Notes under the pieces: model-generated | What the model was told of the DNA's origin: nothing | Databases searched by the model: none | Seen by the model: the letters and a program-made list of their open reading frames with translations, nothing else | Position numbers and translations under genes: made by a program | Shown: positions 11,362 through 24,439 of the stretch, in pieces | How positions within the stretch are numbered: the first letter of the stretch is position 1 | How the letters are laid out: each line of letters opens with the position of its first letter | Origin: Utricularia gibba | Taxonomy: Eukaryota > Plantae > Magnoliophyta | NCBI GenBank assembly: GCA_002189035.1 | Contig: CM007990.1 | Location: 434,001 to 498,000, forward strand | DNA length: 64,000 bases | Reading direction: 5' to 3'

Positions 11362-14225
11362 TACACAACCAGCGAACTGCGCTGCCAACCAAATAAACAT
11401 TTTTTAAAAGAAAATCATGAAAACAATATTCAAGCGATACAACTCGAAATCTAGCACAAAACGGTAGAACACTACTAGCAATCGTTTCGAAAACATCATA
11501 TGGATAAAATGCGTATATCGAATACTCCTGGGCTCCGTCACATATCTGCATATCTACAACCGCAGAAATTAAACACCAAAACAACAAGTTCACACGCTGC
11601 GAAGCATCAAACAAAAGCATGCCATTGTAGAAGCACAAAACCTGGAGACCAGACGGAAATGCGTACTATTGTACTGTTACGTACCCCATGAAGTGGAGAC
11701 GAAGAGAGGGAAAATGCGATTTACAAAAAAAGAAAACAAAAACAAAGAAGGCTTTGGGCCTATTTGAAAAGGGCCGATCCATTGCTTCCTATGGGCCTTA
11801 ATAAGGAAAACAAAAAATAATAATTTATAATGAAAAAATTTTATGGTAAAAATCACAATACTAAAATATTATGTTAGCTTATAGGGAACAACTCATATGA
11901 TAAGTACGACAGAAATGTTACGATTTCTCATAAATTATGATGATTCTAGTTATACAATATATTGATTCAAGCATTGTTCCAAATCGATTACATTGAATCA
12001 TGAAAATCCGATCATCTGATAAAACAAAGTCACAATTTACATATGATATTCAATATTATAAGAGTTATACATATCATCTCCTATGTCGTATATTGAATTA
12101 TTTAAAATCAAAAAAATGATTTCGAATAGTCATGGTCTAAACTACTAAAAAAAATATAGTTTATGATCTATCACCAAACATGGACGTAATAAACTAACAT
12201 ATTTCATTTCTTAAGTTAATATTTTTGGATAATTATTTAATTAAATGATTTAGAAATTGATATAATATAAATATCATCTAAATTTTGTAATAATATATCT
12301 AATTATTGTATCTTCAAAAAAAAAAAAAGCTTTACTCATACTCCCTGGACGGTTGACAGCGGCATGGATAGTGTCCTATTTCAAACGCCCACGCGCTGGT
12401 GGTTCTTGAGAAACGGGGAGCTACCGGGATCTGGAAATCTTCATCGGAGAAAGGACGGGAGTGAAACCAAAAAGCCATGATGATGAAGGAATAATCCGTT
12501 TCTGTTCAGAGATGGAATGAATGCGAATAATCGGTGTGATGTGAAAACTTGAAACATATGGAGAGCACACAGTGTGAAGAAGATTTGGCATCAGATACCA
12601 GACCAGTAGGAATTCGAAAACGAGGCCTGGATGTGACCTCCCCAGCAGAGGACTTTTGCGCACAGCACAAACATGGCGAGATTGCTAAAGGCCCTAACGA
12701 CCAGGAAAAGGAGAAGATATTGTTGAAGATATGCTGTTGCTGTGGGGAGGCTATGGAGCCAATGGGGTGCCGAAAACGCTGCTCCATGGGGCCGTACCCT
12801 TCTCAGTGCAGTTGGGTACGAACGCTTTGAAAAGTTTTGCGTGCAGATGGGACGTGGGAAGGGACCCTCTCTCATGCTGCTGCTGCCGCTCCATGTTTCA
12901 AATTTGTTTCCCTTGCTTTTGCTCATTCTAGTGGAAGCCTTATACCTCTTATCCTACTGTGCGAGCATGAATTCCCACCATCCCTGTCAGATTCTTTTAA
13001 GGATAAAACAACGTGAGCTCTGCTGTGTGATGGGAGATGGAGGGGCCGAGGAAGAAGATGAAGCATATAGTCTGGTGAAGAGATGGCATCATCAGACCGC
13101 CCCTTGATTTCATTGTACAGAATGGGGATTCCCCACAAAACTCTAGGTCTTGGTGTGCCTACAATTATGCAGGCTGCCTCAAAATGGATCTTACACACAC
13201 ATTTGGGGTGAAAGCTCGGATCTTGTACACACAGATGGCAGATTAACTACATATAGTGTTAGTGCGGCTCGAACGCATGATTCGTGCATCTTATCACCAT
13301 GTGCAGTCCTTGCTTTATTTTTCCTTGATGGGCTCCTTGGAGGAGGAGGAGGAGAAGAGGTAGTAGAGCAGCTTGGAGACACACATGTGCAGATGTAGTG
13401 AAAGGAGATTTTGCAATAATGTGATGGATAGGAGAGAGTATGATGAGGAGAAAGAAGAAGTTGGTGACAGGAAAGGAATTTGAAAAGGTGTTCCCTTGCC
13501 ACATTGAAAAGGAATTTGAAGCACATGTTCATGAGCTACTACTACGTTGGAGTCTGATGTGCCTTGTTGGTTGTTAGAACATGTACCAATCTTTGATTCT
13601 TGAAGTGGGATTTGGATATTGGATCCATGGACTTGGATTATCTTCCAGAATCATGAATTGGTGCAAGATTTTAGCAGAATCACCTTGGGAACCACTAGGA
13701 GACAACAAGTGTGAAGAGAATCCCAGCTCTAGATCAGCAGCACTTTGCTGTGTACAGTTTCTGCTTCCTTGATGATATCCATTTATTGGACTCCAGCTCC
13801 AAAAGCATAAAGTCAGATGTAGAAACCAAAAAGTTGAAGAACATGTGGATCATAAACAACCTTACAGAAACACAGAAACAAAGTTGAAATGCGAGCAACC
13901 CCACGTACATTCTGGTACACCATTAAGCTGGGATCCAGATGGAATCCCGTTCCCCGCAGCACTATACGTGTGCATGCATTAGATGCCATAAGAGCCAAGT
14001 TGTCTCCATTAGGAAAGCCTGAAGTCTTCTGTAAGATACAGCAGTTATCTTGTTCTGATGGTTTGGGAGGAGGGATTTTAGCGCAATGGGATGGCAACAG
14101 CACTTTGGTAGTAGAGAGATTACACTAGACACAGACAAGCATCTTCCTATTCGACAGATCTAACTCCAGACACCAACCATGTCTGGAGTTTATTCATAAT
14201 GATTTGTAGGAATGTCGTTCGATGA

Positions 14226-14816
14226 TCATGAAATGGCGACGCAGTATGGCAAACTCCTCAGCCTGTCGTTGTGGTGAGACTCGCCGTTGCAACGGTTACC
14301 GGACCACTCGCCGCAGTTGATGACACAGCACCCGCCTCCATCTTCTTCCTCCGCAGTGGCGTCCCATGGACGGCGGGTGTCGGTCTCGTCTTCGGGCTCC
14401 TCGACGCCTTCCCAGTTGTTGCTGATGATATAAAGGCGGAGCCGGCCCTCGTGGCGTTCGATTCCGAAGTGGGTGCTGCAGGAAGACGGCTTAGAGGCTT
14501 TGATCACCAGCCTTCCTTCTTCCCGCTGGGAATGGATATGGAGAGCGATGGAGGTCAGGGGAGGAGGAAAGCTGTAGCTTTTCTTCTTCTCTACGCATTT
14601 AAGCTTTGGGGCGGCAATCGGGGTTTTCCGATACTCCGGCGCTGTTCGATCCACCGGTGGTTCGATGGCGCTCCCGCTCTCACTCCCTAAGCTCTCAGTG
14701 CACATCTCCAAGCTTCTCAAGCTAAGAAACGAACCCGAAACGGGATGAACATACATTTTCTCATGGAGAAGAAGCTTGTTCAGATTGGAGAAGCTCGAAG
14801 AAGAGGACGATGACAT
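14226..14816 (-). CDS. FAF: FANTASTIC FOUR-like protein (DUF3049), intronless
   Basis: Motifs SLEMCTESLGSESG, FPPPLTSI, REEGRLVIKA and ERHEGRLRL. First ATG is at 14816. Confidence 0.92.
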   Translation of the reverse strand: MSSSSSSSFSNLNKLLLHEKMYVHPVSGSFLSLRSLEMCTESLGSESGSAIEPPVDRTAPEYRKTPIAAPKLKCVEKKKSYSFPPPLTSIALHIHSQREEGRLVIKASKPSSCSTHFGIERHEGRLRLYIISNNWEGVEEPEDETDTRRPWDATAEEEDGGGCCVINCGEWSGNRCNGESHHNDRLRSLPYCVAIS

Positions 14817-15333
14817 CACTCGAGAATGTTTCTTCTAAGTTGGACTCAGCTGCAAGTGAAGTTGAAGCAGAAAACTGCAGGCAGCTATGGAAGGAGGAGA
14901 GGTTCTATTTATAGGTTCCAAACCATGGGAACAGAACATAGGTTTATACTGTACAGGATTACTTTTCATCGCTTTAATTCAAATACATGAAAAAAATTCC
15001 AATGTGCCCACAAACATATATTTTAAGATCCTGCACTTTTCATATTGTCTTGGAGCTCAATTGAAAAAACAAGATCCGAATAGTCGATCCGATCCGATCC
15101 GTTTTTTGATCGACCCCATGGTTTCGAAACATGGTAAAAGAAAGTAGCAAGTATTATGCTCCAATAAGTTGGATTGCACAAACTATAATTCAAGAAAAAA
15201 TTGAAAATATTTACGTACTATATCAATTATGAATATGGATAAGAATTGATTCAATTAAATTTAGTTTAACATGTATTTTTATAAAAAAATATAAAATCAT
15301 AACTAGTAAATATGTAAAATAGATAATATCGTG

Positions 15334-15354
15334 TATATATATATATATATATAT
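15334..15354. repeat. (TA)n microsatellite within an AT-rich spacer (about 15150-15720)
   Basis: Directly visible tatatatatatatatatatat. Confidence 0.9.
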
Positions 15355-16227
15355 CATATTATTAGTTAATAAAAAGGAAGAAGTGATCTAATTAAATTTG
15401 ATATGATACATATTTTTAAAAAATAAAAATAAAAAACCATGAATATCAAATACATAGAATAGATAATATGGTACTAAGATGCTAAATGATTAAATAATGA
15501 GAATATAAGATTTCATTTAAAAGAAAAAAGAGGAGAGGTAGTTATATTCTTCATATTACATCAATTATAAGTAAACAACAATAATCAATCTAATTAAATT
15601 TTATATGAGATATATTATAAATAAAAAATGTAAAAATATATATATAAAAAATATTTATCTAAAATAGATAATATGATAAAGACTAGCAAGCATCACTTTT
15701 CAATAAATTTGGAATTGGAATCTGATTCATCGGCTAATTAATCGGTACAGAGTGGGACACCGGAATCGGGATCGGGATCGCGAATGTCTGGTTGATCGTT
15801 TTGTGGTTTGGGGTGTTTGTTAGAAACGACACCCCACACCCGCGCTGGATGCGAATGGCGTAAAAGTGGATTCGCGTCTACTCATTTATTGAAACTAAAG
15901 CCGCTTTCTCTAAAGACGAGATCATTGGGGGGCAAAAGGGATCATTACACCAATAGTAGTAGTAACACATCATGCTCCTCCATTTCAGTCTTTTCCCCCC
16001 TTACTGTTTCTTTTTCTTTTTTTTTTTTTTTTCTGGAGAAGAAGAAGAACACCCACTTGGTCGGAGTGAGATTTAGGGAACGGGCCACGCTGGGGGGAGG
16101 CCCATCGTGGGAAGGGTAAATGCGTCATTGTCGTTGGAAGGAACCGAAGCGAAGAGAAGCTCCGCCGTCGTTTCATTATCGGAGCTCTTCCCACGCGCAG
16201 ATCGCGTTTTGTTGAAGAAGGGCGCGT

Positions 16228-17242
16228 ATGGGAGAAGGAAGACCAGTGTGAGTGACGATTGGCTTCCGGCTGTTAGTTTTTATTGTTTCCGTAATTTGTT
16301 TTGTGGGTTGGGCAGGCGCCTTTTGATTCGCTCGATTTTGAGCTTCTTTGAGAACCCCATTTCTCCTGTTTTCGCAAGGATTGAGGAAAGCTGTCATCTT
16401 GAAAGTTTTCTGTGTTGCTAGGATAATGCACGTTCTCATCCCGGCGGACCTGAGCAAGCGAGCAAAAGATCTGGTGCTGTTCCTAGAAGGTCAGTTCCAA
16501 CCCGGAAAGCAGCTTCTGGTTTGGGGGTGGATCGTACAGAAAACCTAGCAGAAAATGGGAGCGTAGATGAACATGGGAATGGTCGAATTGAAGCTTCAGC
16601 TGTGGCACTCACAGGACATGTCTTGGACTCAGAGCGGTCACAGAAACTTGATTACATCATTGAGTTAGTGAATGAATTGAGGGCTGAGGTTGTCTCTCTG
16701 ATGTTGCTTACAGTTGAATGATCACTTGGTAATCCCCTGACGAATCCTTTTATTTTGGATACATGTGCTGCTCAAGTATCATGCCCAGACTCAAGGGCTG
16801 AGCCCTGCCATGGAGAAGAAGGCAAATTCTCTTCCTTGCTTCAACAATGTTCGATCAACCCCCATTAGAGTTCTGGGATCATGGCCTTATCTTGTTCTCC
16901 TGGTGAACTCCTGTAGATTGGAGATTTGCTGGAGGAAAACTACCGCTATATCAGGGAATACGACTTCCTGCAGGGACAACTGGCAGTGGTATTGACCAAC
17001 TCAGATGTTCTTTGCATGCACAAATGATGAAAGCATTTCGTTTTCAGTATGAGGAGATGTACAACCGCGAACCTGCTCGGGGTCCGGAGGAGATGGTTGC
17101 TGCAGATGAAGCCGAAACTGCAGGTGAGGATGATGAACCGAATGCACCACCCTCTTCGAAGAAACGCAGCAAGTCATCGTCCTCTGCTGCTGCTCGTCGG
17201 GTTGCCACAGCGAGCAAAAGCAGAAAGCGGGCTCGCTGCTAG
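16228..17242 (+). CDS. Candidate uncharacterised 4-exon gene, about 183 aa (coiled coil, acidic stretch, basic tail)
   Basis: Exons 16422-16688, 16917-16985/16988 and 17048-17242 all join in phase 0 with GT-AG ends and no stop. The first exon is ambiguous: ATG at 16228 with donor 16246, or a longer frame with donor 16248. Confidence 0.6.
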
Positions 17243-17587
17243 CGGAAGCAGGGGCTCTTCTCCTGCTGTCCTAACAGGCTCTTACTCCGTTGGCTGTGTG
17301 GGCAACTGCTAATCCACTAGCCAAGTATATACTCCATGGACTGAGAATCAGATGCAGTTGGGTGGTGGAGCTTATGGCCAATCCAAAATTCCATTGTTTC
17401 AAAGACTCGTTCTTTGTGATTCAAGTAGTAAGTCATCAAGGTGCTTTTGCTGAGATGGGAAAAGAAAATGTTTAATGAATCTCCAATTTGTCGGGACGGT
17501 TTCCCACACAAATTCGTTATCCACACAAGGAGAGCAAGTACCTTGAGATAAACGTCGCGTACAGTTGGAGCGCCTAAGCTTGCTCCA

Positions 17588-19158
17588 ATGGCGATCAGGG
17601 TTTCTTCTTCTCTTCTACTATCGTCATCCTCCACCTCCTTCCCTGTTTTTCCGCATCCTTGTGTTCCTAAAGCTTCCTCCTTCCGGTGGGGGTCGCTCTC
17701 CTCCTCAATCTCCGTTTCTCCATCTGCCATTCCTGCACCCAAAACCGCTGCTTCGAAATCATCTCTCTTCGCTGTGAAGGCGGAGAAGAAGAATGTGTTA
17801 ATAGTGAACACCAACAGTGGAGGCCACGCCGTCATCGGATTCTACTTTGCAAAGGAACTCCTGAGCTCGGGTCACGGTGTCACCATCTTGACAGTTGGGG
17901 ATGAGGGCTCCGACAAGATGAAGAAGCCGCCGTTCAACAAATTCTCAGTTCAGTTTCTGTTCTCTAGCAACGGAATGGGGTGCTTCCTTATCCTCCTAAC
18001 CTTTCGGGACTGTGCAGGAAATTGTGGGTGCTGGAGGGAAGACAGTCTGGGGTGAGCCATCAGACATTGGGAAAGTATTAGAAGGTAATACCTTTGATGT
18101 AGTGCTGGATAACAATGGCAAGGACTTGGATGCAGTCAGGTAATGATGGGCTGTTTCATCGTTCTTGTAATTCGAGCATCATCACTGGATTTGTGTCCCA
18201 AGCAGATTCGTATATGAATTGAATGCTCACCGACAGGCCAGTAGCAGATTGGGCAAAGAGCATTGGTGTGAAGCAGTTTTTGTTCATAAGCAGCGCCGGG
18301 ATCTACAAAACAACAGAAGAACCTCCCCACGTTGAAGGGTACGTCCTTGATGAGTAAGAAGCTGATGGGTATGAACATTTTACTGAAAAATGGAAGTCTT
18401 CATCTTACCAGGATACAGTGAAGGCTGATGCGGGTCATGTTGGAGTTGAGCAGTACATCTCGGAAACCTTCGATAACTGGGCATCATTCCGGCCACAGTA
18501 CATGATTGGCTCCGGCAACAACAAGGACTGCGAAGAATGGTTCTTTGACCGTGAGTCAGCTAGCAAATCTCTGCACACACCATGCTTCATAGTGGTACCA
18601 TTTCAATGCCAACAAGTGAACCTTGATTGATGACAGGTATTGTGAGGAACAGGCCCGTTCCGATTCCCATCCCGGGGATCCAGCTCACCAACATCTCTCA
18701 TGTTAGAGATCTATCATCAATCCTTTCCCTAGCAGTTTTAAAGCCAGAAGCTGCACAAGGGAAGATATTCAACTGCGTGAGCGAACGGGGTGTTACACTT
18801 GATGGGATTGCAAAATTATGTGCCAAAGCTGCTGGACTGCCTGTAGAAATAGTGCATTATGATCCAAAAGCAGTGGGAATTGATGCCAAGAAGGCATTCC
18901 CTTTCAGAACCTTGGTACTGGTTACTCTGTCCTCCCTCTAGCTTCAAGCTCAAGATGTCCATGTTCTCATAAAAACACTTAACTTTGCAGCATTTCTACG
19001 CTGAGCCACGGGCAGCAAAGGAGCTTCTGGGATGGAGTGGCACCACAAACCTTCCTGTGGACTTGAAGGAGAGATATGAAGAGTACATCAAGATTGGTAG
19101 AGACAAGAAGGAGATCAAGTTTGAATTGGATGACAAGATCCTCGCAGCAGTCAAATAA
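17588..19158 (+). CDS. CSP41A: Chloroplast stem-loop binding protein of 41 kDa a, 6 exons
   Basis: S/P-rich transit peptide, then [47 protein letters not shown] and DAKKAFPFR. Stop TAA is at 19156-19158. Confidence 0.96.
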
Positions 19159-19421
19159 GTTGCAGGAGTTTGGATCCTGGAAAAAGTTAAGCACAATTCG
19201 TGATCACTAAACAATAAAACAGACATCGCAGTGATCAATACACAGGAGTGTAACTAAGCAAATAAATCGCAACTTGTTTCGGTTCATGGTAATGAGATAG
19301 CGAGCAAAAACATATATCATGAGAAGAGAACCATCTTCCCATTTATTGTCTGTAGATGAGCCAGCATCTGTAAAAGCAGTATCCAGAGCGAAAACTCTGT
19401 CATTCCCACGAATCAAACAAG

Positions 19422-19951
19422 TCAAGAGCGAGGAAGAAGGCACTGATCCGTATTATGAGCAGAAGATCCATCACGTTGGGCTGGAGGCCCTGAAACGGAG
19501 AACTTCCTCGAAAGCCTGGTTATACTCGGCCCCTCAACCACTCTCACGTCCACTTTCTGTCCAGCCTGGCAGCTCCCCACGAAGCTGCTAATATAGAAGA
19601 AATGCCCCGCGCTCCAAATCACGATAGAGTCGTTACCGGTGACGTAAACCGCCTCCGGTGCCACCATTGTACACGCGTGGAACTCCGATCGGCTGACTTG
19701 CACCACGTTGCTATAGAGCGGATTGTACTCGAAAACTGTAACGAATCAAGATCGCATTTCAGTTCCATTTCAATCCCCGAGATACGGAGACTCCGCTTAC
19801 CGACACTGTCGCCGACTTTGAAATTTTGAGACGAAGACCAAAGTGAGTAGTCGACGTTCACGGCGGCGGTCCATCCGGCTGAATCCCCGACCTTGTGCAC
19901 CACTCCGTCGCAAATACCGGCAAAGGCGACGGCGAAAACGAAGTGGATCAT
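19422..19951 (-). CDS. Phytocyanin (mavicyanin/stellacyanin-like fold) lacking copper ligands, 2 exons
   Basis: Signal peptide, HKVGDSAGW...NFKVGDSV|[13 protein letters not shown]...GNDSI...[21 protein letters not shown]. Intron 19736-19800. Confidence 0.9.
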
Positions 19952-20943
19952 TTTTCTTGTTAAGAACGATATCTTTCAGACGCGCTCGATCATATTTGCA
20001 GAGAAAAAAAGTGCAGTTAGGTGGAGAAGGCGGAAGTGAACTGCGGCGGTTTTGGCATGACGAACTCCACCCCGATCGCCATGGATTGCTATTCGGTGTC
20101 TCATTGTAAAAATCTTTCACATTTTTACCGCGGCGGGTAATCCCATGCATATGAAACTAAACTCGTAGGCAAGGTAAACACACTTTTCACCTGGGTAGAA
20201 ATCAGACAACAGTAAATAATGGCGGTAAATAAATGAAGGCAGGGTGAATTATTTAGTGCTTTCGGAAGGTGGGGCCCGCAGAACACAGCCGCGCGCGTAC
20301 AAACGCGCCAGCTCTCTAGAAACCCCCACGTGAGCTGTTGTTCCACTGACCGCTGTTCAGGAAATGGAATCTTACGCGCGCTACAGATATTTCGTTATTT
20401 TTTAATTAATTTTTTTAGAATATTAAATGACATTTTTTGTAACAAAAATTCAGAATATTTAATGTGTGTAACAATAAAAAGTATATCATTATGAGCCTGA
20501 CCAATGAGACGAAATAACGGATAAAAAGGGGAGGTTAAAATAAAGTAAACAATGTTGTTGTCACGTATTCCGTGGGGCCCATCTTTTGATCATAATCAGG
20601 AAAGGGACAGTTTCGCCATGCTGGCATTAACCCTTGGATGGAGTTTTGATCCAACGGTGCTTCGGGCGTTTCGCGGAGGAAGAGAAATCGTCGCCGTCCA
20701 TTTTGGCTCGGCATTGCGTGTTAAGAAATGGTGAGCGGTGGGAGCGTGGAGAGGGAGGGAATGTGAGGGGAGGTGTGGGGAGTGCGGTCAAGTGTTCAAC
20801 GGATTCGGTTTCGTTATCTTTTTTCGTGAATCTCAGTGTTGGTTTTTTTTTTTCTAGCATCGATTTCTCCTGTTTTCTGGCGGTGGAGATGGTGAAAATC
20901 AGGTGAAAGTTTCAAGGCTGAATATTGGGGGATAGAGAGGAAT

Positions 20944-23900
20944 ATGGCTTCTAGAAAGGCGAATGGTTCTAGTGTCAATGGCTTGAGAAAGCGTCAGAGG
21001 GTAACCGTTCAGAGAGGTACAACAGGTTTGGAGTATTCTTCAGAAGCCTGTTAAATCTATCAGTTTCTGTATCTTTAATTGTTTTTTCGGTTTTTTAGAT
21101 GAAGATGTGCGGTCGGAGTTGCTGGAAACGGGGAAGTATGGAGATCCAGAGCGTTTGAAGAACGAAAAGGAACGAGAGTTTGCGAAGAGGAGCGGCGGCG
21201 ACTGGAGCTGCTGTAGAGAGAATGAGAGCACGGATTCGAGTGGTGAAGAGTACTCTGAGGGGGAAGGTGATGTTAGAGTTCATCATCCACGAAATCGGTT
21301 TTCTTCTCCGTCGTCCCACTCCGTGAACAACCATCGTGGCTTCCGTGATCTCGCGCCGTCTCCGGAGCAAAGAAATTGTGCCGATGAAATCCTGGGTTTT
21401 TCTGTACCTCGAAGAACTCGCTCTGGTTCGTTTCAGGACTGGGTTGCTTCGAGTTTTCTCTCACTCTGTTTTTTTTTTTTCTGAATTTGCTTATTTTCCC
21501 CTATTTTTTACAAAATCTTCAGCTACGACGAGAAAATTTCCAGACATCATGGATACAAGAAGTGGTGGATTTCGGGAAGAGTTGGTCCAACGCAAACATT
21601 CAGAGCATCCGACGATGGTGCTTTCATCAGCTATGCGGGGAGATTCGCCTGCACCGCCGTTAGGTGTTTCGTTGAAGAAGAAGGTTATTGATTGCATCTT
21701 TTTTAGGAATTTTTTTACGGAGAACCTGTCACGGAAAGGAGATTCGCTGATTGTCTTTGTTCTTCCTACTTGCTTGTTTCGCAGAAATATTCAGAGACTA
21801 AAACTGGGTTTTGGAATTGCGCATTTGATTCCTTGGCGACCCCGGCTGATATCGAGATCGAAGCTGCTGAAGCTCTGTTCGACCTCATGCGGCAATCTTA
21901 TTCTCAAACCCGAATTCGCGAAGAGCCAGAAAAACTCGATAGGGAAAGGATATGCGATGCCCATGGCGGTAAAATTCGAGATCTCTTCACGGCTCTGGTT
22001 GAAAATTAGTGAATAATTCCTTTTCTTGAATAGACGTGGGGTTGGGTGGAGTACAGAGTTAAAGATATTAAGAGCTGATGGTAACGACAAGAATAATTCC
22101 TTTTTCAGATGAGGATGAAGCCTCAGCGAAAGCGAAAGCTGGAGAAACTTCGGTTGACTCAATCGGTGCAGTGAATAAACAAGTTGTTTTCGAGAAAGAT
22201 AAATCTTTGGATGAAGGGTTTGATGGATCGGTGCGTGGAGTTGAGCTTGCCATTAATAGAGAAGTGGGGTCTCGAAAAGAAAGCGAAACACTATCATATG
22301 TCGAAGCAAATCCTCGTGATGTCCGGGATCCGCCAGCGACAAACGCGTGAGTATTTTCCTGTTTTCTTTTCCATTTATTACACACTTCTTTTTGTTCCGT
22401 TCTCGATACGGCTTGCTTGCTGCTCTACCATTGGTCTCTTGTGTGGTGCAGGAACAATGCAACTGATTTAGAAGCTAAAAAGGGAACCCAGCACGAAATG
22501 GATTTGATGGTTAGTATTTCTCATAGAATTTGTTTTTAGATCGTGGGATTATGATTTCTTAGTGGTTCAGTGATGTTTGTCGGAGTTGTTGATGTTGCTC
22601 GACAGTCTTTTAGATAGGTTGCGACATTTCTTTTTTCCAGATTGCAGAAGTTCTCTCTGTGTTTTGTTTTCTTACGTGTGAATTTGATGCAGGGCAGAGA
22701 AGAGGTTCGACAAGAGGCCCCTCAATAGTTCTGTCTCAACTGGTGGAGGAGAACCCGGGATTTTCACAGCAAATTGTCCGGGAGGATTCCAAAAATCAAT
22801 GTACAATACTGGAAGCTTTTACTTCTTAATGAAGTCTTTGTATTTAGCTTCCTCATTGCTTTGGTTTTTGCAGTGCCAAATGCTGTGTTGCCTTCAGTTG
22901 GTGGAATAAACAACTTGCATGGTGTTGTTTCTCGTGGAGGGTGTGTCGAGAATCTGACTCTTTTATTTAATGGAAGATTCCCTTAGCTGAAATTGTTGTT
23001 TTTCCTGTAGGCATATGCCTCAGTTTCAAGCTGTGTATCCAACGGATGCAAGTGCCAGATTTATGAAGGTGGCTTTTCATTTGCCTGCGGTGTGCATTTT
23101 GCTCGTTTCTGTTTCGTTTATCATTGCTTTATATTTCCATTGTTTAAATTTGCAGCTGCCGCAGTTTAAATTGTCCCAGCCTCAGCCAAAGAGATGTGCC
23201 TTGCATCACTGCATAGCGAGGGATATTCAGAATCACCAACAATTAATCAAGTCCATGTCACTCTCAGCTCCTCCTGCCGGCATATGTGGATCCCAGATGT
23301 TAAACCCAAAAACAGTGTCAACACCGCAAAACCTCGTACCGGAGGACCTTTCACTAGGAGACTCTAAACCCCACAAGAAACCAGTAAGCATTTCTAATGC
23401 CTCTTCCTCTGTGAATGTTCCCCAGATAACCAATTTTACTTCAACAAGTTCTACACCAGACCTCAGCACATCACAGCGAAAAGATACTTATTCATGGTTG
23501 TCCGTTATTGCAGTGCGGTCCGGGCTTCACCTTTGGGCAGAAAAAACTTTTAACTAGCTCGTCTGCTGCTAACCAAACTGCTGGAGCAACTGGCAATGCA
23601 TCGCTGCCCTCTAATCCAGCAGAAAGGTCCATGAGTTTACCCTTTCCCAGAGGAATGTCTACAATGAACTTCAGTCATCCAGTGTTTCCTCCCAGCAGCT
23701 GCTACCCAGTTCCCATTTCGCCAAACCATGTTCTTCTCCCTTTTGGAGGAGTGTCCTCTACCGCCCCCCTTTTGACCCTTCATCATGTTTCAGTGTCAAC
23801 CAGATACAGAAAAATTCACTTCCCCTTGCTGTAAAGCCTCCAGCGTTCCAGAATATGGGGTCATTGTCCCAAAATCAGCCTCTGAGTTTGCAACAGAAGA

Positions 23901-24439
23901 ACCTGGACAGACGACGGGACGCTTCCACTCTTGGTGGGCTGTCCCCGAACCTGCCATTGGGTGCTCTTGGTGATCCCTTTTCTACGGGTAAAGCTGAACC
24001 CTTTTCTTCTCATCGGTTAGTGTCGCCGTTTGGAACAGCACAGAACTCTGGCATCTTCCAACTGCATCCTGATGTGATCCAGACAGCAGCAAATCAGCCG
24101 CCCCCGAGAAGGAGTTGCAAGGCATCATCTGATGCCAACACCGCGATGAACAGTGGCCAGATTCTTAACTTCTCGAACACTGGCTGTGCTGATCTGCCGT
24201 CTGCCTTTCCCGTGCCATTCCCTATCCTCACAGAGCACCAAAAGCCAGCCAGGATTGCCACCGGAGCAGCTGCTGGACAGTGGGAGGCCTCCATCCTTCC
24301 TCCAGCTGCCTCACTCCAGGGTGTGGGAGGGATTCAGACAGCAGCATTGACGGCGGCCACCTTGAGATCCGCCAGCAACCCAGAGATGGATGCTCCTCCC
24401 ACCCAGAAGAGGGGAAGCGTCATATCCATCCTAAGCTGA
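20944..24439 (+). CDS. TIME FOR COFFEE family protein (TIC/TICKLE-like), multi-exon, -1 frameshift at 23764-23769; 3' end uncertain
   Basis: Motifs ADEILGFSVPRRTRS, DIEIEAAEALFDLMRQS, HEMDLM, HMPQFQAV and PKRCALHHCIARDIQNHQQ match TIC-family conserved blocks. Confidence 0.85.

Noticed and set aside
15090-15785. (GATCC)n and (ATCGGG)n runs flanking an AT-rich spacer, suggesting MITE terminal repeats
   Set aside because: The unit lengths differ, and there is no clean inverted repeat or target-site duplication.
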